Below are positions 13,337 through 26,306 of a stretch of DNA of 64,000 nt, in pieces. Location: positions 31,186,001-31,250,000 of the forward strand of contig OX597823.1 in the NCBI GenBank assembly GCA_951406725.2, written 5' to 3'. The translations under genes were made by a program, and so were the position numbers. The notes beneath the pieces were generated by a model that did no database searches, was not told where the DNA came from, and saw only the letters and a program-made list of their open reading frames with translations. How positions within the stretch are numbered: position 1 is the first letter of the stretch; every line of letters begins with the position of its first letter. The DNA is from Octopus vulgaris. Lineage: Eukaryota.

Positions 13337-13695
13337 AAGGATCCTGGAGTGAATCAGGTATTTGATTGACATGCACCAGGGTGGGTGGAATTAGCCTGTA
13401 AGCACCACATTTAATCGGGATAAATATACTGGGTATTTAAGAACATCTCGTAAAATATTCAGGTTGTGCACACAGAGAAAAAAACCCACTACGAGTATTT
13501 AACACATAGGGACTACTCCAAAGCATTCGTTGTGTTGATCACACGGTGTTTGGCATACTCTAGGATGTCCGACGGGTCGTGAATATTTTTGAACTGTTAT
13601 AAGCAAATGAATACTCGTTCATCTATTAAAAATGCGTAAGAAACAGCTGCAATGAACTGAAATTTATCCATCGTCAGCTATTTATTCATTTGCTG
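13337..13695. mobile_element. Dispersed repeat homologous to 46137-47035, retaining only the 3' half of the hammerhead
   Basis: Shared ttcaggttgtgcacacag.gaaaaa, ccaaagca..cgttgtgttgatca and taagcaaatgaata blocks; GAAACAGCTGCA at 13640-13651. Confidence 0.7.
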
Positions 13696-13779
13696 ATACA
13701 TATACAAATATACACTCGTAAATATATATGCATATTTACAAATACATAAATATAAATACATATTCATAAATATAAACTG

Positions 13780-14420
13780 TGTTTAGGCTAAATTTGACAG
13801 TCTGCATAAAACGAAAAGAAAACACAATACCCTACCCCAAAATAAAAGTATCTTAAAAAATGAAATATCAACAAGTTTATGGGTGGGAGATAATAGTTTA
13901 CTCAAGGTAGCCGCCCTCAGCGTCAATCACAGCCTCAAGGCAGCTCCGGAACCTGGCGCATGCGCTACTCACTGTGTCCCTGGAAAGATCTTCGAAAACC
14001 TCCTTGATCTTGGCCACCAGTTCGGCGTTGGTGTTGCAGGTAGAACAGTTGGTGTCTTCATCAACTGTACCCCACGCATAGTAAACCATGAGATTACAAA
14101 GAAGGGTATTAGGGTGCCAAAAATTGGGGTTATTGAAGTCATACTAATTCTCCAACAACTACGTCTGACTCTTTCTGGAGGTATGGCAAGGAGCTGAATC
14201 CTACTGCCACACACATGACCTTCAGGCAACAACCCTCTTCAGCGTGGGTTTCGCCGCAGTCTCCAGCAGCTTTATACAGCTATCTGAACTGAATCTAATA
14301 CTCTGTTCAAAAATGTGGGGCGATATGACGTCACCCTCACTGGGGAGACATCCAACGACCATCACAGTTTAGGGAAACTTGGTTTCCATGACGCCCATGT
14401 CACGTTTTACAGCCTTTACA
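13780..14420 (-). pseudogene. Decayed Tc1/mariner-superfamily transposase C-terminal half (maT/DD37D-like)
   Basis: Minus strand reads ...VWQ*DSAPCHTSRKSQ...VYYAWGTVDEDTNCSTCNTNAELVAKIKEVFEDLSRDTVSSACARFRSCLEAVIDAEGGYLE*, with stops and frameshifts. Confidence 0.8.
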
Positions 14421-14647
14421 GTATTCACAGTGTATTGAGCTGCTGTCATGATGTCGACATTTTGTTATCCAGTATAAATCATCGTGACACAGGTAACTCT
14501 TTTCCAGTATTTAAATGGCTTCCAGTCCTCCATGTCAGCTAATTTTTTTCTCAACCACAAATTTAATCTTTATGCTTTCCAATGCTGTAGACTGTTCACC
14601 AATAAATACAATAACACCATTTTCAAGCAGTGATTCACACGCGCACA

Positions 14648-14724
<77 letters not shown>

Positions 14725-14756
14725 GGTGTGTGCGCGTGTGAATCACTGCAGTGATT

Positions 14757-14814
<58 letters not shown>

Positions 14815-14970
14815 CGATAGGCTTTTTTTCAGTTTCCATCTACAAAATCCACTCGCGAAGCTTTGGTTGTCCCGAGGCTAGACCAGAAGAACTGTGCCAC
14901 CCAGTGGGACTGAGACTTGAACCACGAGGTTGGGAAGCAAACTTCTTTCCACACAACCACGCCTGCGCCT
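14815..14970 (-). mobile_element. SINE family B, 5' half
   Basis: Diverged tRNA-like head and tttcagtttcc.tctac block. Confidence 0.75.
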
Positions 14971-16485
14971 ATATATACATATAATGTGTTTATGTTTGTA
15001 TGTGCGTATGTGTGTGTGTGTGTGAGAGAGAGAGAAGGAGAGAGAGAGAGAAAGAGAGAGAAAGAGAGAGTGTGTGTGTGTGTGTGTGTGTGTGTCTGTT
15101 TGACTTTTTACACCTTTTTTTCTCTTTTTCTCTACCCTCTGACGAAAGATTGAATCCGAAACATAGGATATTCCACTCCTCACGGCAAGTGTTCCATGTA
15201 TCTCTGTCACTCTTTTCCTTATTTTTTTCAATTCTTGGCGATGCAGAGCTATCAGATTATTACTTGATTATATATATATAAGTGTGTGTGTGTGTGTGTG
15301 TGCGGAATAAAAATGTAATAGAGAACATTAAAACATTCAGACAGATAGACGATACAAAGGCAAACAAAAGAAACAGCAATTAGAAGGACAGGCAAAAAAG
15401 GACGGATCATTCGTGGCTTTGTTTCCTCAGTCAAATTTCAGACGTCACGACCATTTCGGGCAGTTACACTTGAGATTGTTCGATCTGGTTACCCCGCAAA
15501 AAAGTCTAAGCTAAAAGCATTAGACCCCTTTGTAAGAAAGCTAGCAAATGTATACGGCAACAAGGACAAAAAAAACAAACAAATAAACAAAAAAACGGAG
15601 AACATGGTACACAATTACGAATACAAACAAGAAATAACAACAGGCCTCTTTCGACTGAGAACGAATCAAATTGAGCTGGCGTGTATGACGTGAAAGCCTA
15701 AAGGCAGAAACATAGGAGATGGACATAAGAGGTGTAAGCAGTCGACCAGGAAAGAAAGATCATGGGTGGTCGCACACTGGTCACATGGAAGGAGGAGAGA
15801 TGGGCAGGGGCAGCGGGATTGAAGGATAAGAAAAAATCAGAGGCAAAGAGAAAGGTACGAGTGGGAAATAGTCGGAGTTAAAGAAAGAGAGAGCAAAGAA
15901 ATGTGAGAGAGGGGGAGTGAGAAAAAGGAAGAAAAATGAGAGGGAGAATATGTATGTATGCATGTTGTATGCATGTATATATGTGTATGCTGTTGTTAAA
16001 ACAACTCACTTAACGAAGAGCATTTTGGGGGATTTTTTCTTGCCATATTCCCGAGCCTGCGACTCATTCTCACACGCAGTATCGTGCCTCGGTTTCAGCC
16101 TCGATAATAGTAGGGTGTAGAAGATCTATGAGGTGTGGTGCAAGCTAAATGGGACCTAAAACTTTCCAGAAGTATTGCGTTGTCAGCGATGGTCATAATC
16201 GTCAAGTAGAAGACGATACAAAAAAACACGGACGGAACATTCGAAGCCTTCAATCTTCAGTCAAGAACCGGATCATCCTCACAATTTCGGCTAATTAATC
16301 TTGAGATTAACCGTGTTTTTTTGTATCGTCTTCTAGATGTTTTGCGTTCTTGTCCCAGTTTGTATTTTTTTACATATACATATATATATAACGGCGCCCG
16401 TACCCTTTTTGGCATATATATATATATATATATATATAACATATATATCTAGTTCATTGTTTAAACCTCGCCAAGATAAATATTT

Positions 16486-16557
16486 AAACCACCTGATGAA
16501 TGACTGTAACTCGAAAATTTAAAGAAATTAACAGCCATGAAACGATCGAAGTGTTAT
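16486..16557 (+). ncRNA. Minimal type I hammerhead-like motif, one core mismatch
   Basis: CTGATGA 16493-16499; stem II ATGACTGT/ACAGCCAT; GAAA-C-GATC-G-AA (palindromic loop, U16.1 replaced by A); stem I CAC/GTG. Confidence 0.55.
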
Positions 16558-16679
16558 ATTAATTATATTTTTTTAATAATTTTGTTATATATTTAAATAA
16601 TATAAATTAAATAATCTTATGTATTGGCTTAAGTTTTTCATTGTATGATTTGCCTAATTGTGGTTTTGTCTCTAATTTA

Positions 16680-16735
<56 letters not shown>

Positions 16736-16988
16736 TGTATGTATGTATGTATGTATGTATGTATGTATGTATGTATGTATGTATGTATGTATGTATGTAT
16801 GAGAGGTATTGGTATCTAGAAAATCCAAAGAGCGGCAGGTAACGCTAAGTAAGTGCTATGGACAGACCGTAGTGAGGAGTCTAATGTAGGTCGTGTATTA
16901 GCATGCTTGTATATATTAGACAAAATGAGATAACAAAACCAAGGCTGTGAGGAGTTTTCAGGACATTTATAAGGAAAAAGACATAGAT

Positions 16989-17042
16989 ATCGTCTTACAG
17001 CTGTTTCTGGGATATTATGGATATCCCTTCATCACAGACGAT
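16989..17042 (-). ncRNA. Minimal type I hammerhead-like motif, C3 replaced by G
   Basis: Minus: ATCGTCT-GTGATGA-AGGGATAT-CCAT-AATATCCC-A-GAAA-CAGCTGTA-AGACGAT. Perfect 7-bp stem I, stem II GGGATAT/ATATCCC, palindromic AGCT loop, GUA triplet. Confidence 0.65.
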
Positions 17043-17312
17043 GTGAGATGGTTAAATGGAGGTAAATATTTGGGTTCGAAATAAGGAATTATTATGGAAA
17101 AGGAGGAGATAGGGGATAGAGAGGGAAATAAAAGAATGAATGTAGAAAGAAAAATATGAAATATATAAGCATATATGTATGTATGTATGTATATATACAT
17201 ATATATATTCAGACACACATATATGTATATATGTATATGTGTGTGTGTATGTGTGTGTGTATATATGTGTGTGTGTGTGTGTGTGTGCGTGCGTGTGTGT
17301 GTATAAATAATG

Positions 17313-17625
17313 GCACTGCGTCGGTTACGAAGACATAAGTTCCAGTTGATACGATCAACGGAACAGCCTGCTGGTGAATTCAACGTGCAAGTGGCTGAGC
17401 ACTCCACAGACACACGTACCATTAACGTAGTTCTCAGGGAGATTCAGCGTGACGCAGGATATGAGAAAGCTGGCCCTTTTTGAATGACAAGTACAATTCA
17501 TTTGAAGTACTCAGCTGAGCGTACGGGAGCAACGTGAAAATAAAGTGTCTTGCTCAAGGACACGAGACGTGGACGGGAACTGAACTCGGGCCCTTAAGAC
17601 AAATATCCTACCCCTAAGCCACGCG
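17313..17625 (-). mobile_element. SINE family D (tRNA-derived, V-domain-like)
   Basis: Reverse complement of 30468-30790; contains gtgtccttgagcaagacactt. Confidence 0.8.
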
Positions 17626-17676
17626 TGTGTGTGTACATATATGCACATATACATGTATATAGTTGAATGTGTACGT

Positions 17677-18088
17677 ACTCTTTACTCTTTTACTCTTTTA
17701 CTTGTTTCAGTCATTTGACTGCGGCCATGCTGGAGCACCGCCTTTAGTCGAGCAAATCGACCCCGGGACTTATTCTTTGTAAACCCAGTAATTATTCTAT
17801 CGGTCTCTTTTTGCCGAACCGCTAGGTGACGGGGACGTAAACACACCAGCATCGGTTGTCAAGCAATGCTAGGGGGACAAACACAGACACACAAACACAC
17901 ACATACATACATATATACATATATACGACAGGCTTCTTTCAGTTTCCGTCTACCAAATCCACTCACAAGGCATTGGTCGGCCCGAGGCTATAGCAGAAGA
18001 CACTTGCCCGAGGTGCCAGGCAGTGGGACTGAACCCGGAACCATGTGGTTGGTTAGCAAGCTACTTACCACACAGCCACTCCTGCGCC
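17677..18088 (-). mobile_element. SINE family B, full length
   Basis: Head ggcgcaggagtggctgtgtggtaagtagc through (gtaaaaga)n tail. Confidence 0.9.
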
Positions 18089-18596
18089 ATGATGAATGTA
18101 TTTTAAATACAAGGCGTTCTTCTTAATATATTTTCATGACAATACCCTAAGCTTTCATCTTTAAGAATATTACATTAAAAGAAAAGCAAACAGCAATAAC
18201 AGCAATCGCGTTACGCTCCTATAGTAATCACTATTGCTGTTGTTGTTGTGGTAGTGCTGGCAGTTGTTGTTGTTATTGTCGTTCCCTATTTCCTCTCGTT
18301 GAGTCATTGCCACATATTTCTGTCCTTTCATCTAATGTTTTATGACTTCCTGATGGAGACAAGTTATTGAGTGGGACGGTGGGTATATATATAATATGAG
18401 CGGCACACACCTGTCCGAAACTGTAAGAGTGGGTGTGAGGGTGGGCAACACTGTGGGTAGAACAAAGGGAGGTCAATTGATTCATATGACCCGCGTCGTT
18501 GACCAATTAGTCAGTCAACAGTGGAATGTCATAAGGTAAAAGACTGACCTAATTATGTATATAGATTCCAAACGCGCCCGCGCACGTGTATATATG

Positions 18597-18658
<62 letters not shown>

Positions 18659-18670
18659 AATATATATATG

Positions 18671-18756
<86 letters not shown>

Positions 18757-18784
18757 TGTATGTATGTATGCATGATTTACATGT

Positions 18785-19115
18785 AGGCACAGGAGTGGCT
18801 GTGTGGTAAGCAACTTGCTTCCCAACGACATGGTTCCGGGTTCAGTCCCACTGCGTGGCACTTGGGCAAGTATCTTCTATGGATATGGTGGATATGGTGA
18901 AGCCCGTCGTATATATATATATATATATATATATATTGCATGACAACCGATGGTGATGTGTTTAGGTCCTCGTCACCGAGCGGTTCGGCAAAAGAAACCG
19001 ATAGAATAAGTACTAGGTTTTCAAAGAATAAGTCCAGGGGTCGTTTTATTTGACTAAAGGTGGTGTTCCAGCATGGGTGCCACCAAATGACTAAAACAAG
19101 TAAAAGAATAAAAGA
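18785..19115 (+). mobile_element. SINE family B with internal deletions
   Basis: Head and 3' tail match the other copies. Confidence 0.85.
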
Positions 19116-19377
19116 CCATGCCATATTTGCCATTTTAATATTTGTTTTTATACATGATAAATATGTGTGTGTATACACATACATATATATATATATACAT
19201 ATACATACACACATATATATATAATATACATAATATATATATATACACTTACATGTACATGTGTGTATATGTGAGTATACATACATATGCATGCACACAT
19301 ACATGGAAGTGTTTATATATGTGCTTATGTATGTGTGTGAAAAAATGTGTCTGTGTGTGTATATATATATATATATC

Positions 19378-19431
<54 letters not shown>

Positions 19432-19725
19432 CATACACGAGTCCACAAAAGCACAAACACACTCACATACACGCACAGGCACACAGACATACACATTACC
19501 TGTAAAATAAAAGACAGTGTGTGAAAAATGTATTTTTCCTCTCTCTGCCATGGAGAAAATATACTTCAAAGAGATTTTTGCGAGAAGAACAAAGGTAAGA
19601 ACTAGTAATACTATACTAACTAGCATTTACTTAGTCATGTCTTGTTGTTGGGGCGTCTGGGTAGGGAAATCTAGCTTGGAGAGTAATTAGTTTTTGTTAC
19701 ATTACTCAGTTTCCGGTAATAAACA

Positions 19726-19811
<86 letters not shown>

Positions 19812-19842
19812 ATCTATATATATATATATCTGTATGTGTCTG

Positions 19843-19878
<36 letters not shown>

Positions 19879-19971
19879 CCTATCTATGTATATGTATGTC
19901 TGTCTATCTATCTATCTATATATCAATCTATCTCTGTATGTGTCTGTCTATTTATCTATCTATCTATCTCA

Positions 19972-20068
<97 letters not shown>

Positions 20069-20557
20069 TGTATGTATGTATATATGAATGTATGTATTTA
20101 TGTCTGGCTTACATGACATCTGCTAATAACAATATGAAAAACCACGGCAACCACAACCACAACAATATCATTCAGACAACAATCGTTTCGAAAGCAGCAA
20201 GCTGCTAGAATTAATAGTGAAATGGAAACACCTTCTTAAAATATGGGAAATACATTGGATAATATGGACCTGAAGACACGATATCTGAAAAGAGGAAAGT
20301 ATTATAGATGTAATGATGAAGAAAGCTGCTTATTTATTAGTTTGGTGTATACACAGCTTTTAGTGAAAGGAAGCAATTATTAAAGTCTACACTGTCTAGA
20401 AAATTCTTAGAAATTCTAAAATTAATATATTTGTATCAAAAGATTTCAACTACAGAAAACTAATTTTAATCCAGTTCGAGATAACTTAGCAAGATAGCAT
20501 TTTATAACACTGCGGGATACCATTTCCTCTTTTTCTCCCTCTCCCTCTCCCTCTCTC

Positions 20558-20660
<103 letters not shown>

Positions 20661-20832
20661 CTCGCTTCCTAATGTTACTTTTCTACAGACTTATCTGTAC
20701 AAACACTTCCCCGGCATCATCCGAATTAAGTTGATTTTAATATCCTTTCATATTCGTCATGCGTTTTGGACGAATATAAAAGGATATTAATTAATTTACA
20801 TGAATTGCCAGCATGGGAACGCATCTTCCTTT

Positions 20833-21048
20833 CAGGCTGTGAGCTGCCAGAATCGCTAGCATGCCGGACAAAATGCTTAGCTGCATTTCGTCCGTCTTTA
20901 CGCTCTGAGTTTCAATTCTACTGAGGTTGACTTTGTCTTCCATCTTTTTGGGGTCAATAAAATAAACACCAGTTGAGTAATGAGGTAGATGTAATCGACT
21001 GGTCCCCTTCCTTCAAAAACTACTGGCCTTGTGCTGAAATTTGAAAGC
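20833..21048 (+). mobile_element. SINE family A, diverged
   Basis: gagctgccagaatcgctagc head, central gaggttgactttgtcttccatc block, ggccttgtgctgaaatttgaaa tail. Confidence 0.8.
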
Positions 21049-21249
21049 AGCTTACATCAGCTGCAGCAAATATAAATGTCTATCTGTCATATCATTGGTC
21101 ATAGGCCCCTGCGAAGGACGGCTTGAGTAATAAATCACAACTGTACCCGTGATCACTGCCCTTATTTTAAGGAAGCCGATGTTGTAGTGAGTAAAGGCTA
21201 AATATTGGGGTTAGGATGAACCCAGAATGGTTGGGTTTGGATGCAACAA

Positions 21250-21640
21250 AGGTGACGAACGGTGGAGGGTGAGTGGGTTGGGGCTGGTTACATGGTAGAT
21301 GTACGATGAGATCAACTAGCTTCGAGGATCACAGACTATTTGGGGCCAGAAGCTATATTTTGATTGCTGGTCGGTGAATGTCGCCCTTTCGTCAATGCAA
21401 TCCACAAGCCCTCTTTCCTCTGTGTATATAGTAGCAGCACCTCCTCAGATACAGGATCGCTACTCCATTATGGACCTCACTTTAGTCTTATACAGTGTCA
21501 GCAGCTGTTAAGGTTGAAATATTTTCTGACTCTGAGGAGAAGGGTTAATCTTTGGGGGTCAGGCCCTTGCTATGCTAAAGATGAGCTTCCTCCAGGACAT
21601 ATACACCGTGATAACGAGACTCAACATTCGTAACGTACCT
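21250..21640 (-). pseudogene. Old LINE (CR1/L2-group) RT C-terminal fragment
   Basis: Minus reads RVRKYFNL*QLLTLYKTKVRSIME..SCI*GGAA, resembling the LYKxxVRPxMEYCSxxWxGA motif. Confidence 0.55.
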
Positions 21641-21821
21641 ATTAATGAACCACTTGGGAGTAGGGACACGAGGCTATGCAGTGGCTCCGCTGCGGCTCCG
21701 CTGTGGATTCGATGTGACAGCACTTTCACAACGAGAGGCAGTTAATACGGAACTGACGGAACTCAGTTTCTGCACCGTTCTACACCACCACCGTCTCCAG
21801 CCCCACCGTCTCCACCCACCC

Positions 21822-21852
<31 letters not shown>

Positions 21853-22287
21853 ATTACAACAAATCAGTCAAAGAGCCTGTAGGTAATAGTTCGACCTTTA
21901 TTGAGTTGTTCTGGAGGAAAAGGCTGCACTCAAGACCCATGATATGTTATTAGTGTGAGATCCATGAAGAGTTGCGGGCACAGGAGAAACAGAAGATGAT
22001 GATTCCAGAGACGGCTAAAGTAAGATAAATGTCCGCGTTGCAGGAAAAGGTACGATCGCGGAGTTGTTGAATGTTGGAGGAGTTGAGAATGCAGTAGAGG
22101 AAGTATTGGGCGGGGGGGGGGGGGTACGGTGGAAGGGGAAATAGAAATCTTTGTTGTTGACATCCAAGGGAAGTAGAGGGAGGTGAGTCAATGGTAGGGT
22201 AATTAAAGTGGGAGAGAGAATTATGCCACGGGTTTGGTGTCATTTTGGGGACGTTGAGAAATGTGCAAATAATCCTTCCTAATATAC

Positions 22288-22645
22288 ATTTCTTTATTGC
22301 CCACAGGGGTCTAAACAGAGGGGACAAAGAAGGACATACAAAAGGATTAAATCGATTACATCTACTCCAGTATGTAACTGGTACTTATTTAATCGACCCC
22401 GAAAGGATGAAAGGCAAAGTCGACCTCGGCGGAATTTCAACTCAGAACGTAGCGGCAGACGAAATACATATTTCTTTACTACCCACAAGGGGCTAAACAC
22501 AGAGAGGACAAACAAGGACAGAAAAACGGATTAAATCAATTATATCGACCCCAGTGCATAACTGGTACTTATTTAATCGACCCCGAAAGGATGAAAGGCA
22601 AATTCGACCTCGGTGGAATTTGAACTAAAAACATGAAGACAGACG
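22288..22645 (-). mobile_element. SINE family A dimer, 5'-truncated, with 18-bp TSD
   Basis: Two core+tail units; gagaaatgtgcaaataat at 22256-22273 and 22646-22663. Confidence 0.9.
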
Positions 22646-22917
22646 GAGAAATGTGCAAATAATTTTAGTGTGCATTGAAGGCACGATAGCAAAGATCCCC
22701 TATTGAGGGAGCATGTTTCGAATACTTGCAACAAAGCGAATACTACTAAAGGCAGCTAGATAATAGTTGAAAAAAAGGACAGGGTGGTGCGCTAATAACC
22801 AAGACAGCGCTAGAAATAGCAACCAAATTTCCTTAAAGTCGCATCATATTTTCCCAAATAAGAACATTACATTGGATAATGAAATTCTAATTTTATTATG
22901 CCTGTAAAAGAGAATGT

Positions 22918-23630
22918 TTAACCCATTAACTGCCAATTTTTTAATCCATACTCTTTGGCCTTGCCGGGTGTTTTAATAGTTAAAATAATATATAATATTA
23001 AAATTTTTTTCATATGTGAATTATTTTGGAAATTATGATACATTTTTCGAAAAATCTCCAATGGGGATCGCTGAAAAAAAGTAACATATTTATCCTTTTC
23101 TATTCAATTGCAATAATAAACATTTTAATTTTTTGGAAACTATAGTATCAAATGTGAATGTGTATGAAATATCAATGAATGATATAGATGGGAAATGCAT
23201 TAAAAGAAAAAAAGAAAATTTTCAAAACAGTTTTTTTGTTGTTCAAAAATTGTGATTTTTTTAATCATAAAATGTCCTCTGGAATTAGCCAGAGCTAATA
23301 ATGACATATTGTAACAACTAAATATTCCTTTCTACTCTAGGCACAATGTTCGAAATTTTGGGGGAGGGGACCAGTCGATTACAACGACTCCAGTACGCAA
23401 CTGGTGCTTAATTTATTGACCCCAAAAAAAGTAAACGTAAAGTTGACCACGGCGAAATTTGAGCCCAGAAAGATGAAATATCGCTAAACATTTCGCCCGG
23501 CGCGATAATGCTTCTACCAGCTCGCCGCCTTTTTTAAACTACTAAATATTGTTAAACACACCTCTGCAAATGCAATGTACTTAGGCAACTCACTTTAAAT
23601 ACAACGAACAACCGGCAGTTAGACTGTTTT
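22918..23630. mobile_element. Possible piggyBac-type MITE containing a SINE family A copy (23327-23531, minus)
   Basis: Left end TTAA-cccattaactgcc; degenerate right end ggcagttagactgtt. The SINE is flanked by actaaatatt repeats. Confidence 0.4.
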
Positions 23631-23750
23631 TAGCAGATCCCCAAATGGGGCTCACGGCAAATGTTTAGGTTTGACCTGAATCGAGGTTAAACAACAAAAA
23701 TATCAACACAGGACATAATCTTTATATGAAGGACTTTATCATCTAGATAA

Positions 23751-23818
<68 letters not shown>

Positions 23819-24136
23819 TGTGTGTGTATGTATGTGCGTGTGTATGTGTATCTGCGTGTGTAGTGACGGAGTGTGTGAAATAAGAGTGTGGCATTGTGAC
23901 GGGGGAAGGTTGGAGTAAGACAAACATACTTCAGGCATGATGTTATATTAGGAGTTAAGTGGACACCTGTACACTTGAAACAGGGGAGGTAGAGATCTGC
24001 CGTATTAGGTGGTGGGGTACAACGGGGAGCGGAGAGGGTATAAGAGAGGATTGAAAGTTTGAAAGTGTGTCATTTGATTCGTTAGTATAGTCCGGTGTGT
24101 GTGTGTGCATAAAAGAATATATGGATGTGTATACAT

Positions 24137-24424
24137 ATTCTTTTATTCTTTTATTTGTTTCAGCTATTTGACTGCGGCCATGCTTGAGCAGCACTTTTAG
24201 TCGAGCAAATCGACCCCAGGACTTATTATTTGTAAGCCTGGTACTTATTCTGTCGGTATCTTTTGCCGAACAGCTAAGTTGCGGGGACGTAAACACACCA
24301 GCATCTGTTGTCAAGCGATGGTGGGGAGACAAACACAGACATACAAACATATACATATATGTGGCATTGAAACCGGAACCATGTGGTTTTTAGCAAGCTA
24401 CTTACCACACAGCTACTTCTGCGC

Positions 24425-24425
<1 letters not shown>
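24137..24425 (-). mobile_element. SINE family B, internally deleted
   Basis: Head joined directly to the microsatellite and 3' half. Confidence 0.85.
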
Positions 24426-24503
<78 letters not shown>

Positions 24504-24555
24504 CATATTTATGTACACATATATGTATATGTATGCATATATATATATATATATA

Positions 24556-25335
24556 TAGTAGAAATATGTTACGAAAAGAAAATGTAAAATACACGTGGAA
24601 ATGTAAGGGTAAAATATGAAAAATCAACGAAAATGCACATTGCAAATTCAAAAAGGCTATTTATGACAGGTAACGACAAATATATACATTTAGATTGACT
24701 GAGGCAGTAATACGAGTCATAAAAGTCATTATTATGAGATGATTATAAGATGATAATAAAGTAAGAGAACAAAACGGACCATGGTTTACGCAAAGCTATT
24801 CATCGTTTGAACAACACCGGTTAATACACGGTGTCAAGTCTAATAGTTCCTGAGAAAAAAAATTATTTGTAAGGGAGGTAAGAAGTTCTGGATTATTTGT
24901 AAGGGAGGTAAGTAGTTAGAGATGTGAGTGGTGTAGGAAGTGTATAGGGGTTAGTGGTTTTAATTGAAGAGTTAGTGGTGTTCCGTATTGAGTTGTGTGT
25001 TCATGTTTAGTTGGGGGAGAAATTTATTGATGAAAATGCCTCTTTATTCAACCTTTGTTGCATTGTGAACATTGGTAAAAGGGAAATATTTGGAAATTGG
25101 GATTAAGATTCCTGGCACATTTTTCTATGTGTTCACTCATCTTTAACTGCCTGTATTGTGGTTGACGGATTTGCTCTTTGTGAATGGTGATTCTTTGACG
25201 GGGCGAAATTCCTGTTTGTCCAATATAGAATTTACCGCATCCTTTGCATGTCATGACATAGATTACATTTACTGAGGCGCAGGTGAAATTTGATTTGATC
25301 TTAAATATTTCTCCTTGTTTGAATTGGAATTCTGA
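24556..25335 (-). mobile_element. Penelope-like element 3' fragment: GIY-YIG endonuclease plus terminal region
   Basis: ORF 25048-25440 contains FTCASVNVIYVMTCKGCGKFYIGQTG...RITIHKEQIR. The terminal part 24556-24730 recurs at 57258-57435. Confidence 0.85.
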
Positions 25336-25534
25336 ACCCTCCAGAAGGTGGGGGCATCCACCAACAACAAAGGCAAAAGCGACAAAATGTGGACGTTCTA
25401 ACGTCACACACACACACACACTCACACACACACAACACACACTTATTTTTTGTTTCGTCCGGTGCTGTACATAATGTTTTTCTTAATGTAAACCTTTGTG
25501 TTGAATAAAGAAATTATTATTATTATTATTATCA

Positions 25535-25890
25535 TATGAAAATTCAGAGTTTATTTTGCTGGGTATGATGGAAAGTGTCAGTTGTCCACAGCCAGCACAT
25601 TAAGGCGACACTTGTTTACTGGTCATGCTTCAAGAACCCTGCGAAGAATTCTTGCAGTTCGAAGCAATGCTGATTTTTGTAGGTGTTCTACCTTCATACT
25701 TGCATCGATCTTTTCCAGCCATATTGGTAGTTGAGCGCTGATACTTCCAACTGCACCAATTACTAATGGTATCACGTCTACTCTCCTCATTGACCACAAC
25801 CTTCGTATTTCTCACTTCAAATCGTCATAGTTGTTTATATTTTCTTCTTCTTTCACATTGATCCTGTTGTCACCAGGGTATGCTATGTCG
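25535..25890 (-). mobile_element. R4/Dong-type non-LTR retrotransposon 3' end (restriction-like endonuclease C-terminus plus 3' UTR)
   Basis: Minus reads IIDIAYPGDNRINVKEEENINNYDDLK*EIRRLWSMRRVDVIPLVIGAVGSIS...LQKSALLRTARILRRVLEA*, followed by (TAA)n. Confidence 0.85.
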
Positions 25891-26228
25891 ATTATCATAT
25901 CAAATGGATGTTTTATAAAACTATTCCGCATATACAATAACAGCCATACCATACCAACAATCCAACATAACAAACATAACTTAGATATCACCACATTCAT
26001 TCAATATTAATACTAGGAAGGATTAAACACAAACATTATTAATTAAACTACTACAAAGACACCACATTTAACCTATGTACAAAAACAGTATCGGTAAATA
26101 AATTCAGTAAGTGGCCCTATAACTAACTCCTAAATTATCTTACTAAATAGCTACCAAGTCCTTCAAGTACATACAGATACTATTCCCACTAGTCTTCCAT
26201 AGTTATTATATTATTGTTGTTGTTGTTG

Positions 26229-26305
<77 letters not shown>

Positions 26306-26306
<1 letters not shown>

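Noticed and set aside
18460-18545. Minus CTTATGA...GAATCAATTGAC hammerhead-like pattern
   Set aside because: Three core deviations and no stem I; indistinguishable from chance by eye.
21950-22760. Possible LINE endonuclease remnant around the SINE dimer
   Set aside because: Only vague motif resemblance; too decayed to call.
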